Made by a program: the position numbers and the translations under genes. Shown piece after piece: positions 37,565-47,485 of a stretch of 64,000 nucleotides of DNA (positions are counted from its first letter, which is position 1; every line of letters starts with the position of its first letter). A model generated the notes under the pieces. That model was not told the DNA's origin. It made no database searches and saw only the letters and a program-made list of their open reading frames with translations. The DNA comes from Planctomycetota bacterium. GTDB lineage: Bacteria; Planctomycetota; B15-G4; SIAN01. The stretch spans positions 224,001-288,000 of the forward strand of contig JANNXA010000055.1 in the NCBI GenBank assembly GCA_031409275.1, in the 5' to 3' direction.

Positions 37565-39501
37565 GAGGTGGGCGATCCTTCGGGCGGTCGAACGACGCGG
37601 AGCGAGGGGCCGGCGACGGTGGCGGCGAGCGCCTGGCCGTGCGGCTGCGGGTCGAAGGCATAGCGAAAGGCGGCGCCGTCGTGGGCGATGCCCAGCACGT
37701 CGCAACCGCGCGGGAAACGGAGGAAGTCGGCGCGACCGAAACGCGCCTCGGCATCGGGGAACGACTCTTCGCGCAATTCGAAGCGCGCCGCCGCGGCCCC
37801 GCCCGCCGGCAACGCCGACCGCAGGCGATCGAGCAGCCGCCCGCGCAACGCGAGCGCCGACTCGCTCTCCTGCGGGTCGCGCTCCGTGATGGCGCGCACC
37901 GCGGCGTCGACCCCCACCGGGACGAGCACGATCTGGTAGGCGTGGCTCCCGGGCAGTTCGAGCGGCAGGTCGCGCGCGATCTCGCGCAACAGGTCGCGCA
38001 GTCGCCGCAGGAACCCGACCCCCTGCTCATCGCGCTGCAGCAGGACGCGCAGGAGGTTCGCGCCGGCGGCGACCGCCCGCTCGACGATCTCGGGCAGCGC
38101 GATCAACAGTTCACGCTCACCGCGGCGGCCGGCGGAGAGCGCCAGTCTCGCGACGTTCATGCCGATGCGCGCGCCGACCACGCGCACCGTCGGGCCGGAG
38201 AGCGGCGCATGGGCGACGTCGGCGGCGCCGAGCGCGAGCGCCGACTGCAACGGCGCCGCGAAACGCAGCAGCTGCGATTCCTCTTCGCCGGCGTCGAGCA
38301 GCAGGCGCACGCGCGGCACGCGCAGGTGCGGCGACACCGCCACCGCCTCTTCGAGCAGCTGCTTCACGAAGGCGTGCATCCGCTCGCGAACGGCACCCGG
38401 CGCGCCACCGCGCCGAAACAGGCTGGTCGCGGAGGAGGGTGGCAGATCGGCGCCGACGCCCAGCACGCGCCGCAGCGGCTGCGTGCGCGAGCCGCGGCCA
38501 GGCGCATCGGCCAGCGCCAACAGCAGCGTGCGCGCCGCATCGGCCGCACGCGCGTCGTCGGCAAACGCCGGCGCGAGCGCGCGCTCGACGTGGTGGAGTT
38601 CGAGCGGCCCGTGCAGCGCGGGCTCGAGGCCATGCACGAGGTGGAGCAGGCTGGCGAGTGCGCCCGGCCACGCGGCGCGCCGCACTTCGCCGAAGTCGAG
38701 CGTGGCCTGCAGCACCTGTCCCGGCGCCTGCAATCCGTCGACGTGCAGGGCCCCTTCCAGGTGCGCGGTCGCGACCGCCGGCTCGAGCAGGCGACACAGC
38801 GAGTAGCGGCGCAGGAGTTCTCCGCCGAGCCGGACTTCCGGACGTTCGCTGTCGACCCCGCGCTGGAATGCGATCGCCTCGACTTCGCTCGCCGGCAGGC
38901 CGAGGCCCTGGTCGCGCGCCAGTCGATCGGCGCAACCGCGCGCCACCAGCTCCGCCGCCACCAACTGGCGCAGCGTGGCCGCCGCGATGACATCGCCGCC
39001 GAGCGCGCGCGCCTGCCGTTCGACGGCGGCGGCGACGGCGGTCGCATCGGCCCGCTTCATGCCACCGTCGACGAGCAGCGCGGTCGCGATCTTCGCCGCA
39101 TCGAACGGATCGAGGCATTCGCGCCCGAGCGAAGCGACCTGCAGCGTGGCGTCGCGCGCGCCGCCAGGTGCCGCGACCAGCGGTTCATTGGCGTGCAACA
39201 AGATGTAGGAACGGGCCACCTCGTGATGGCCGGTCTCCATCAGCACGCGCTCGGTGGTCTCGCGCAGCGCACGAGTCGATGCGGCGACGCTCCCGTGCTC
39301 CTCGTCGAGCACCAGCGCGACCAGCGCCGCGAGCTCCTCGGCCAGCAGCAGCTCGCCCTGTCCGACCGCAACGGCGGCGCGGTGGATCGATTGCGCGAGC
39401 CGCTGCGCGTTGAACGGTTCGCGGCTGCCGTCGCGGCGCACGATCTCGCGGATCGGCGGCCGGCCCGACGGCGTGAAGCAGTCGTCGCCGTGATCAGCCA
39501 C
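37561..39501 (-). CDS. Double ATP-cone protein with degenerate, C-terminally truncated class III RNR (NrdD)-like barrel
   Basis: [20 protein letters not shown] and second cone [18 protein letters not shown]...[31 protein letters not shown]; no glycyl-radical motif. Confidence 0.7.
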   Translation of the reverse strand: MADHGDDCFTPSGRPPIREIVRRDGSREPFNAQRLAQSIHRAAVAVGQGELLLAEELAALVALVLDEEHGSVAASTRALRETTERVLMETGHHEVARSYILLHANEPLVAAPGGARDATLQVASLGRECLDPFDAAKIATALLVDGGMKRADATAVAAAVERQARALGGDVIAAATLRQLVAAELVARGCADRLARDQGLGLPASEVEAIAFQRGVDSERPEVRLGGELLRRYSLCRLLEPAVATAHLEGALHVDGLQAPGQVLQATLDFGEVRRAAWPGALASLLHLVHGLEPALHGPLELHHVERALAPAFADDARAADAARTLLLALADAPGRGSRTQPLRRVLGVGADLPPSSATSLFRRGGAPGAVRERMHAFVKQLLEEAVAVSPHLRVPRVRLLLDAGEEESQLLRFAAPLQSALALGAADVAHAPLSGPTVRVVGARIGMNVARLALSAGRRGERELLIALPEIVERAVAAGANLLRVLLQRDEQGVGFLRRLRDLLREIARDLPLELPGSHAYQIVLVPVGVDAAVRAITERDPQESESALALRGRLLDRLRSALPAGGAAAARFELREESFPDAEARFGRADFLRFPRGCDVLGIAHDGAAFRYAFDPQPHGQALAATVAGPSLRVVRPPEGSPTS

Positions 39502-40006
39502 GGTGGCCGCCTTCGCCGCGCGGGTCGTTGCGGCGCGGCGCCTTCGGATCGGGGCGGTCGTTCAGGAGCGGGCCGAGCTCCTCGAGGAACTGCTCGACGT
39601 CCTTGAACTCGCGGTACACCGAGGCGAAGCGAACGTAGGCCACCGGATCGAGCTTGCGCAGCTCGTTCATCACGAGGTTGCCGACGAACTGCGACGACAC
39701 GTCCTTGTCGAACATCTCGTTCAGCTGCGCCTCGATGCGACGGCACAGCTCCTCGATCTGCTCCTGCGACACCGGCCGCTTCTCGCACGCCTTCAGGATT
39801 CCGGCGCGCAGCTTGGCGCGATCGAAGGGGACGCGCGTGCCGTCCTTCTTGATGACGCGCAGTTCGAGTTCTTCGATGGTCTCGTAGGTCGTGAAGCGGC
39901 GGCCGCAATCGAGGCACTCGCGGCGGCGACGGATCACCGCCGCGTCGCCCGAGGTGCGCGAGTCGATGACCTTGTCGTTGTTCGCCTTGCAGTACGGACA
40001 CCGCAT
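39494..40006 (-). CDS. nrdR: Transcriptional repressor NrdR
   Basis: MRCPYC...VIDSR...[21 protein letters not shown] cone [19 protein letters not shown]. Confidence 0.97.
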   Translation of the reverse strand: MRCPYCKANNDKVIDSRTSGDAAVIRRRRECLDCGRRFTTYETIEELELRVIKKDGTRVPFDRAKLRAGILKACEKRPVSQEQIEELCRRIEAQLNEMFDKDVSSQFVGNLVMNELRKLDPVAYVRFASVYREFKDVEQFLEELGPLLNDRPDPKAPRRNDPRGEGGHRG

Positions 40007-40044
40007 CGCGGCGCGATCCCCCTCAGGCCTGCGAGAGCCGCGGG

Positions 40045-40073
40045 ATTGTCGCGCCCCAGGGATGGGGTGTCAA
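40045..40073 (-). promoter_or_regulatory. Sigma70-type promoter of the nrdR operon
   Basis: Minus strand reads TTGACA-17 nt-GACAAT, 38 nt upstream of the nrdR ATG. Confidence 0.75.
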
Positions 40074-40099
40074 AGTTCCTGACCGACGAGATATGGGGT
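40053..40099 (-). promoter_or_regulatory. Tandem NrdR-box-like sites
   Basis: ACCCCATATCTCGTCG (40099-40084) and ACCCCATCCCTGGGGC (40068-40053) are 31 bp apart and resemble consensus acaCwAtATaTwGtgt; the second lies inside the promoter spacer. Confidence 0.7.
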
Positions 40100-40122
40100 T
40101 GCGGGCGCGCACCGCGCCGCAA

Positions 40123-41823
40123 TCAGCGCCCCTGACGCAGCTGCCCGGCTTCGAAACGCAGGTGGGCGCGATCGAAGAAGCGTTGGAGCTGCGGGAACGC
40201 CGGCAGTTGCCCCGCCAGCTTCTGCAGCGCTTCCGGGTCACTTCGCCACACCTTGTCCGCAATCTCGAGCGCTTTCGTCGTCTCTTCGAGTCCCACCTGC
40301 GTCGCCACGAGCCCGAGCCAGGCGTCAATCCGCGTGTCATCGACCGCGATCGCCTGCTCGAAGGCGCGGCGCGCGAGGAAGAGCGACTCGCGCTGGTTCG
40401 GGTTCGATTCGAAGTACTGCAGGAGGCTCAGCCCCAACCCGGCGAGCCCGCCGCTCAACGCCGCACGCGAGAGGCCAAGTTCGCCGAGCCATCGATCGAC
40501 CGGCTCGCGCAACGCCGCCACGGCCTGCGCCGCGTCGATCCCGGCCGCCCGCGCGCCAAGCGCTTCGAGCAGCGGACGCACCAGCGACTCGGCCAGCCGG
40601 GCCGTCCCATCGAGGTCGGGGTGACAGTAGTCGAGGAAGAGGTCGCTGCCGGGAGCGGGGCCGCCGCCAACCACGAAGAGCTCGGCGGGATCGACGAGCC
40701 GTGCGCTGCCGTTCGCGGCGAACTCGCGCACCACGGCAGCGAGCCTCGGGCCCGCACGGTTGGGAGAGCCGTCGCAAGCGAGCGCGCGCGAATAGGCGGC
40801 GCGCGCCGCGGCGTCGTCGCCCATCGCGGCCGCGAGGCGCGCGGCGAGGAACTGAACTCGCGCGACGCTGGCATCCTGCGCCAGCAGCTGCGCGACTTCC
40901 TCGCGCAGGCTCGCGAGCGGCGACGGCGGTGTCGCGGCATCGGCTCGATCGAGCGTCGCCGCCGCGGCCTCGATCCGCGCCACCGCCGCGCGATAGGAGT
41001 CGCGCTGCCCGGGTGCGAGCGGCTCGCTGAAGTGCGAGTAGCACGGCTCGAACGAGAGATTCTCGACCGGCGTCATCAGCAGCAGCGGCACCCCGGCCCC
41101 ACGCGCCGCGGCGGCGATCGCTGCGAGGTTCTCGCGGTAGCGCGCGACGCCGCGCTCGAACTCGCGAGGCGAGAGCCATGGCGCATCGCCGATGGGCTGC
41201 GGCGACGGTCGCGATTCGGGTGGCAACGCGCGCCGCCATTCGCGCGACTGCCCGGCACGCACGCACGCGAGCGAGCGCAGCGCCGTACGCAACGCCGGCC
41301 ACAGCCCCTCGCGCAACGGCTCGACGTAGGAGGCCTGGAATTCGTTGTGGCCGCTGCTGACGACCAGGACGTCAGGGGCCAGGGTCAACGCGGCCAGCGC
41401 GGCCTCGCGGACGTCGTCGCTCGAATCGGCGGAGCGCCCGAAGTTCACCACTTCGAGCGAAGCGGGCGCTCCGCCGCGACGCAGCGCCCACTCGAGCAGC
41501 CTCGCGAAAGAGAGCTGCCCATGGAACGGGAAGCCGGCCACGGTCGACTCGCCCACGACGATCACGCGCAGCGCGCCCGCGACCTTTTCGGGGGCGCAGG
41601 TGAGGCGGTCGGCGGCGGCGGCGGGATCGCCACTCTCGCCGCTCGCACTCGGCGCACGCGCGACGCGTGGCCCGTTCGGCGTGGTGAGCCTGACGAGCGG
41701 CGGCTCGACTCCAACGTGCAGGAGGCGGAGCACCACCTCGAGCAGCGCGAAGACGACTAGCGCGCCGCTCGCGCCGATCAGCGCGAGCCCGACCCGACCG
41801 CCGCGGGGCAACGGAGCGCTCAC
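40123..41823 (-). CDS. Membrane-anchored SGNH/GDSL-like protein with TPR-like segments (paralog 2)
   Basis: N-terminal TM, VVGESTVAGFP, EVVNFG, SGHNEF, FLDYCHP; GTGA overlap with the upstream paralog. Confidence 0.75.
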   Translation of the reverse strand: MSAPLPRGGRVGLALIGASGALVVFALLEVVLRLLHVGVEPPLVRLTTPNGPRVARAPSASGESGDPAAAADRLTCAPEKVAGALRVIVVGESTVAGFPFHGQLSFARLLEWALRRGGAPASLEVVNFGRSADSSDDVREAALAALTLAPDVLVVSSGHNEFQASYVEPLREGLWPALRTALRSLACVRAGQSREWRRALPPESRPSPQPIGDAPWLSPREFERGVARYRENLAAIAAAARGAGVPLLLMTPVENLSFEPCYSHFSEPLAPGQRDSYRAAVARIEAAAATLDRADAATPPSPLASLREEVAQLLAQDASVARVQFLAARLAAAMGDDAAARAAYSRALACDGSPNRAGPRLAAVVREFAANGSARLVDPAELFVVGGGPAPGSDLFLDYCHPDLDGTARLAESLVRPLLEALGARAAGIDAAQAVAALREPVDRWLGELGLSRAALSGGLAGLGLSLLQYFESNPNQRESLFLARRAFEQAIAVDDTRIDAWLGLVATQVGLEETTKALEIADKVWRSDPEALQKLAGQLPAFPQLQRFFDRAHLRFEAGQLRQGR

Positions 41824-43613
41824 GGCTTGCCGTCCCATCGCAGCTGCCCCTGCTCGATCGAGATACCGGCGCCGTGCAAGGTCGCCTGCAGTCCCGGCAG
41901 CACCGGCAGGTGGTCGAGGATCATCCGCAGCGTCGCCGGGTCGCGGCGTTCGAGCGCGAGCAGCTTCATGCGCGCCGTTGCGGGATCGGCGGCGTCGGCG
42001 GCGAGCAGCGCGCCGAGGAACTGCGCGAAGGGATCGTCGGCGAGCTCCGGCGCCATACGCAGCGCCGCTTCGACGATCTCGCGCACGATCGCCCAATCGG
42101 CGTGCGGAACCTCCGGTCGCGTCCCGATCTGGTTGGTGTAGGCGCGCGCCTGCGCGAGCAGCTGCTGCCCGCTCTGCGCCTCCGAGACACCGAGCTCGCC
42201 GCACCACGCCGCGAAACGCTCGGCGTCGCCGCCGGCAGGCTCGCGCGCCGCGTCGAATGCGGTCAGCGGGGCGATGAGGCCGCCGTCACGCACCGCCGCG
42301 AGGAGGGCGTCAGCGATCAGCCAATGGCCGCGCAGGCGCGGATGGCAATAGTCATAGAACAGGTCGAACCCGGCCACGCCGTGCACGGACACCGCGTCGA
42401 AGAGCGGCTGCAGTGGCACCACATCGACTCCCCGTCCCACCGCGAGCTCCCGCAGCGCGGCGATCAGGTCGGGCGACGCCCGCTCGGGCAGGTCGTCGAG
42501 CGCCAGCGATCGCTCGAACGCGGCGTGCGCGAGACCACGCTGGCCGAGCTGCAGCAGCAATCGCGCGCGCCGGTAGTGGAGGATCGCGGCGTCGGGTTCG
42601 AGCGCGAGCGCCGCGTCGACCTCGGCGAGAGCGGCGGCCGCCGCCGTGCGCGCTGCGACGGATGCAGTCGCAGCGGTCAGGTCCTGAAGCGCGCCCGACT
42701 CGTAGTCGCGCCCCGCCGTTTCGACGCGCGCGAGGCGCGACGCGGCGCCGTCGCCCGGCTGGAGGATCGAGTAGCGCGGCCGCGTGTCGGCAACGTTGGA
42801 AGCGGGCAGGCAGACGATCGTCCGGATGCGAAGGTCATTCGCAGCCGCCAGCAGCGCGTGCACGCCTTCGCAGAAGAGCCGGCACGCGAAGGTGCGCTGC
42901 TCCGTGGTCAGGAAGCGCCCCACCGCGATGGCCGGCGGTGCCAGCGGTGCATCGCGCGGCGGCCCGAGCAATCGCTGCAGCAGGCGGCTGCGAGCCAGTC
43001 GCGCGACACCCGGCGCCATCACGCCCAGCAGATTCGGCTTCTTCAGCTCGTTGTGGCCGACGTAGAGGATCAGCAGGTCGGGGGCGAATTGGCGCAGCTC
43101 GCTCGCAAGCGTCAGCCAGTCGTGGCTGTCGTAGCCGTTCTTGCCACAGTTCACGACCTCGACGCTCGGACCGCCCTCTCCTAGCTGCCTTCGAAGGCGC
43201 TCCTCGAGGAAGCGGGAGTAGGAGATGTTGGGCGCATACCCGGCACCGAACGTCGTCGACTCGCCGATCGAGAGGATGCGAAAGGCCGCCGGCGCCTTCT
43301 CGCGCGTCATCGCGTAGCGGCCGACGTCCGGCTCGCCATGGCGCACCGCCGCCGCGGGATCGATGGCGTAGAGGACGTGGCCGGCCGCGTCCGTTCGCGG
43401 CCGCCCCGGATCGCGCGGGTCTTCGAGCGGCACGAAATGGGGCGGCGGGCCGGGCAGCGGCCACGCCCCCGATCGATCCACCAGCACCAGCGTCGCCAGG
43501 CCGATCAGCAACGCCGCAAGCGCGCCGCACACCGCGAGCAGCAGTCGCGCTCCGAATCCACGGAGTGACGCGCGCGACGAGGGAGGACTCCCTGTGGCCG
43601 AGCTCTCCGTCAC
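41820..43613 (-). CDS. Membrane-anchored SGNH/GDSL-like protein with TPR-like segments (paralog 1)
   Basis: N-terminal TM, IGESTTFG, EVVNCG, YVGHNE, FYDYCHP. Confidence 0.75.
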   Translation of the reverse strand: MTESSATGSPPSSRASLRGFGARLLLAVCGALAALLIGLATLVLVDRSGAWPLPGPPPHFVPLEDPRDPGRPRTDAAGHVLYAIDPAAAVRHGEPDVGRYAMTREKAPAAFRILSIGESTTFGAGYAPNISYSRFLEERLRRQLGEGGPSVEVVNCGKNGYDSHDWLTLASELRQFAPDLLILYVGHNELKKPNLLGVMAPGVARLARSRLLQRLLGPPRDAPLAPPAIAVGRFLTTEQRTFACRLFCEGVHALLAAANDLRIRTIVCLPASNVADTRPRYSILQPGDGAASRLARVETAGRDYESGALQDLTAATASVAARTAAAAALAEVDAALALEPDAAILHYRRARLLLQLGQRGLAHAAFERSLALDDLPERASPDLIAALRELAVGRGVDVVPLQPLFDAVSVHGVAGFDLFYDYCHPRLRGHWLIADALLAAVRDGGLIAPLTAFDAAREPAGGDAERFAAWCGELGVSEAQSGQQLLAQARAYTNQIGTRPEVPHADWAIVREIVEAALRMAPELADDPFAQFLGALLAADAADPATARMKLLALERRDPATLRMILDHLPVLPGLQATLHGAGISIEQGQLRWDGKP

Positions 43614-43638
43614 GCCGCCCCTCCGTTTCAGGCTCCGC

Positions 43639-45489
43639 TCAGTTCGATGGCGTCACCTTGAGCAACTTCATCTGCGCCATGCCGAGCAGCGAGTTGGTCA
43701 ACATGTAGAGCGACTGTCCGGCGGCGTACTTGTAGAGCATGACGCCGAACAGGATCGGGAAGAAGTTCATCATCTTCTGCATCTGCGCCTGCTGCGGGTC
43801 GGACGGCTTGGGCATCATCCGATTCTGCAGGAGCCACGCGACGACCATCAGGATCGGCAGCAAGTGGAGCTGGCCGATGAGCGGCAGCTCGAACGGCAAC
43901 GGCACCACGTCGGGAGCCGAGAGATCGCTGATCCAGCTGACGAACGGCTGGTGCCGCAGCGGTGGCGCGCTCGACATGATCTGGAAGAGGCCGTACCACA
44001 CCGGCATCTGCAGGAACAGGATCAGGCAACCGAAGATCGGCGGGCGGACGCCGTGCTCGCGCATCAGCGCCTGCTGCTCGGCGTTGAGCTTCTGCATGTT
44101 GCCCTTGTGCCGCTTCTTCAGCTCCTCGATCTGCGGCTGCAACAGCTTCATCTTCTTCTGGAACTGCTCCATCGTCTTGCTCTGCAGGCGATTGAGCGGG
44201 AAGAGCAGCACCTTCACCGTCAACGTCAGCAGGATGATCGCGACGCCCCAGTTGCCGGTGAAGCGCTCGAGCAGCGTCATCCACCCGAGCAGCAGGCGAT
44301 TGATGAAACGGAACGTCTTGCCGCCGTACTCGACTTCGTAGAGCAGCCGAAACGAGTCGAAGGCGGGACCTTCCATGACGGCCGGCGTACGCGGGCCAGC
44401 GAACGCCGTGAAGTGCAGCGCGAGCGGCGCAGCGCCAGCGGCCGGGAACGGAACCTTGAGGAACGACTCGGCGCGCACGTTCGTACGCGACTCCTCGTGC
44501 AGCGAACGGCTCTCGTCGGCCGTGAGCTCGGCGCGGCCGGCCAGCTTCTTTGCCCGCTCCTGTTCGAAGCGGTACGGATCGTCGAGCGCGGCGCAGGTCA
44601 CGCTGTCGACGTAGCCCGCGGTCGCGGCGTCCGGTGCGATCACGAAACCGAAGAAGTTGCTGCTGGCGCCGAAGAACGGCAGCAGCTCTTCCCGCTTGAA
44701 GCCGCGCGACTGCGGCCCGTCCTTCAGCGACTTCGCATCGATCAACTGGAGGTCGGACGAGTTCTCGCTGGTGACGACCACGGCCGGCGGCTTGGCGAAC
44801 GGCGAATTGCGCTCGTCCCAGATGCCGCCCGGCGCGATGAAGCCGTACGAGGCGGTGCCTTGCGACAACTCCGGGCGATCGCTGGCGAACCGGAGTTCGA
44901 CGTCGAACAGGTAGCTCGAGCGGCGGAAGGTGAAGCACTTCTCGAAGCGGCGACCGGCACCGTCGGCGAGGCGGAACGTCAGCGACTCGCCGCCGTTCAC
45001 GTCGGCGCGCTCGAACGACCAGTTCGACTGGTCAAGCGCCAGCGCCGCGCCGTTGGCAGCGCGGGCATTGTGGGCCAGCCGGAACGTCGCGCCCGAAGGA
45101 TCATGCGGCGCGATCAGCGGCAGCCAACGCGACGGATCGGCGCGCTTCTCGGCATCGGCGCCGTCGCCCGGCGAACGGAAGTACTCCTTCAGCAGGAGTT
45201 CGACGAGGACGGCTCCTTGATTCGAGAAGCGCGCGCGGAAGAGATCGGTGTTGACGACGATCTGGTCATCGAGCGCGACTCCGCTAGTCAGCGGAAACTG
45301 CGTTTCACCCTCGACGGCGACCGGCAGCGGCTCGCCCGCGGGCGGCGCGGCCACCACCGACGTCGGCACCTCGGCCGGCGGCTCCTTCGCCTTCTGGCAC
45401 GAGCGGAACGAGAAGAAGGCCGCCATGAAGATGATGAAGACGACGAACGCCGAAACCGGACGACGATCGCTTGGCTGATTCGGGTCCAT
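43639..45489 (-). CDS. yidC: Membrane protein insertase YidC
   Basis: FSNQGA periplasmic domain, NWGVAIILLT, LQPQIEELKKRH, GCLILFLQMP, WISDLSAPD, QQAQMQKMM. Confidence 0.95.
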   Translation of the reverse strand: MDPNQPSDRRPVSAFVVFIIFMAAFFSFRSCQKAKEPPAEVPTSVVAAPPAGEPLPVAVEGETQFPLTSGVALDDQIVVNTDLFRARFSNQGAVLVELLLKEYFRSPGDGADAEKRADPSRWLPLIAPHDPSGATFRLAHNARAANGAALALDQSNWSFERADVNGGESLTFRLADGAGRRFEKCFTFRRSSYLFDVELRFASDRPELSQGTASYGFIAPGGIWDERNSPFAKPPAVVVTSENSSDLQLIDAKSLKDGPQSRGFKREELLPFFGASSNFFGFVIAPDAATAGYVDSVTCAALDDPYRFEQERAKKLAGRAELTADESRSLHEESRTNVRAESFLKVPFPAAGAAPLALHFTAFAGPRTPAVMEGPAFDSFRLLYEVEYGGKTFRFINRLLLGWMTLLERFTGNWGVAIILLTLTVKVLLFPLNRLQSKTMEQFQKKMKLLQPQIEELKKRHKGNMQKLNAEQQALMREHGVRPPIFGCLILFLQMPVWYGLFQIMSSAPPLRHQPFVSWISDLSAPDVVPLPFELPLIGQLHLLPILMVVAWLLQNRMMPKPSDPQQAQMQKMMNFFPILFGVMLYKYAAGQSLYMLTNSLLGMAQMKLLKVTPSN

Positions 45490-45528
45490 GGAACCTTTCG
45501 TTTGCGGTCCGGAGCGACGGAAGTCGAC

Positions 45529-46281
45529 TCAACGGCCTTCTTGCAGGCGAGCCGCGAGGTAGCGCGGCAGGACGCCTGTATCGAGGATCTTCTTCTGAGT
45601 GGCGCGGTAGTCGTATTCGACGCGGTGGAACCAGACGGTCTCGCCATCGAACGTCGCGTAGGAGGCGCGCGTGTCGCCGTCGCGCGGCTGCCCCACCGAG
45701 CCGACGTTGATCAGCGCCTTGCCTTGCGCGCGCCGATAGCCGTCGGGAAATCGCGAAGGGACGAGGAACGCGGGCGACTCGGTGTAGACGCCCGGCACGT
45801 GCGAGTGGCCGACGAAGCAGAAGTCGCAGCGCATCCGCTCGAAGACCTCACGCATCTTCGGCAGGTCCTGCGCATCGCGCGGCAGCATGTACTCGCGAAC
45901 CGGATCGCGCGGCGAGCCGTGCACCAGCAGGGCGTTGTCGATCTGGTGCGACGTCGGCATCGCGCCGATCAGTGCCCACAGCTCGTAGTTCTCCTCCGGC
46001 GGATGTTCCTTGGCGTTCAACTGCTCGCGCGTCCACTCCAGGGCGATTCGAGCCCGCTCGTTGAAATCCTCGGGGTGGTACATGCACGCTTCCTCGTGGT
46101 TGCCGAGGAGCGTGACCTCCCATTCCTTGACGCGCTTCAGCGTGACGCGCGGCTGCGGGCCGTAGCCGATGACATCGCCGAGGCAGACGATGCGCTCGAC
46201 TTTGCGCCGTTCGATGTCGGCAAGAACCGCTTCGAGCGCTTCGACGTTCGAATGGATGTCGGAGATGATCGCCCGGAGCAT
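45529..46281 (-). CDS. Calcineurin-like metallophosphoesterase
   Basis: SDIHSN, GDVIGYG, GNHE, VHGSPR, GHSH, NVGSVGQPRDGD. Confidence 0.92.
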   Translation of the reverse strand: MLRAIISDIHSNVEALEAVLADIERRKVERIVCLGDVIGYGPQPRVTLKRVKEWEVTLLGNHEEACMYHPEDFNERARIALEWTREQLNAKEHPPEENYELWALIGAMPTSHQIDNALLVHGSPRDPVREYMLPRDAQDLPKMREVFERMRCDFCFVGHSHVPGVYTESPAFLVPSRFPDGYRRAQGKALINVGSVGQPRDGDTRASYATFDGETVWFHRVEYDYRATQKKILDTGVLPRYLAARLQEGR

Positions 46282-46379
46282 GGTTCGGCAAGTCGCCTAG
46301 CGGGAGAGCTTGGACAGCGGAGTCCCGGAACGCGGGGCGACACGGTAGCCGGCGCGCGGGCTCCTCGCCATGCGACGGG

Positions 46380-46643
46380 TCACGTCGACCCGGCCAACGC
46401 TAGCGGCAGCGCTTCCTCGACCAGCATGATCGGAAAGCCATCGCGCACCGGATAGCCGAACTTGCCGTCGGCGCGCACGAGCACGCCTTCGATGCGCTGT
46501 TCGACCTTCTGGCCGCCGCGGTTCTGCAGCGCCCCGCGCTCGATGAGCGCGTTCAATCGCGCCACCAGGTCGTTCGACCCGAGCGCCACGGCCTCTTTGG
46601 TTTCGGGACAGGCCAGGATGTCGAGCAGTTCGCGGTCGAGCAT
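46380..46643 (-). CDS. Trm112-like protein
   Basis: MLDRELLDILACPETK...YPVRDGFPIMLVEEA; an alternative in-frame ATG at 46718 overlaps the radC stop. Confidence 0.88.
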   Translation of the reverse strand: MLDRELLDILACPETKEAVALGSNDLVARLNALIERGALQNRGGQKVEQRIEGVLVRADGKFGYPVRDGFPIMLVEEALPLALAGST

Positions 46644-46714
46644 CGGATCGATCTCCCGGCGCACCTTACCCGCACGCGCCGCTCGTCGGGTGGTCCCGTT
46701 TCGCGCGCCACGAT

Positions 46715-47413
46715 TCATGGCAGCCACCCTTCGTCGCGAAAGCTGCGGTAGCCGTCGGCGGCGACGACGACGTGATCGAGCAACCGGATCCCGACGACAT
46801 TCCCAGCTTCGGCGAGCCGCGCCGTGACCTGATGGTCCTCGACGCTTGGCGTCGGATCGCCGCTCGGGTGGTTGTGGACGAGGATCACCGCCGCCGCCGC
46901 GAGCCCGATCGCGGGGCGAAAGACCTCGCGCGGGTGGATCACCGATGACATGAGCGAGCCGACGGAGACACAGCGCTCCCCGAGCAGCCGACTGCGCGCA
47001 TCGACCAGCAACACGTGGACGCGCTCGCGCCGTTCGGCACCCAGATCCCGGCGCATCAACGCGTCCACCTTCGCCGCCGCGTCGAGGACGACGCCACCGC
47101 GCGCCGGCGCACGCGCCAACCGCCGCGCGATCTCGACCACCGCCGCGATCCGGCACGCGCCCGCCGCTCCGACACCGGGGACGATGCGAAGTTCAGCGAG
47201 CCCGAGGTCCGACAACCCATCGAGGCGCCCTCCGGCGCGCAGCAGGTCTTCCGCGACGGCGAGCACGGAGCGTCGCCGCGTGGCGCAACCGAGGACGGCG
47301 GCGAGCAGCTCGCGATCGGTCAGCCCTTCGGCACCGAGCAGGCGCAGCTTCTCGCGCGGCCGCAGATGCGGCGGCAGCGAGTCGATCGTCGGAAGGGGCA
47401 GCGAGTCGTCCAT
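46715..47413 (-). CDS. radC: RadC (JAB domain) family protein
   Basis: RPREKL, HhH PGVGAAGA, HPREVFR, HNHPSGDPTPSVED, LLDHVVV. Confidence 0.93.
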   Translation of the reverse strand: MDDSLPLPTIDSLPPHLRPREKLRLLGAEGLTDRELLAAVLGCATRRRSVLAVAEDLLRAGGRLDGLSDLGLAELRIVPGVGAAGACRIAAVVEIARRLARAPARGGVVLDAAAKVDALMRRDLGAERRERVHVLLVDARSRLLGERCVSVGSLMSSVIHPREVFRPAIGLAAAAVILVHNHPSGDPTPSVEDHQVTARLAEAGNVVGIRLLDHVVVAADGYRSFRDEGWLP

Positions 47414-47485
47414 GGCAGCGTGAAGACGCCGTTGCCGAGTCGCGGTGACGCATCGTCCGCGCAGCGGACACGATTCCGCGAGTCC

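Noticed and set aside
46715..47413. radC as a marker of a mobile or defence element
   Set aside because: Full-length chromosomal type with N-terminal HhH region among housekeeping genes; no mobility genes.
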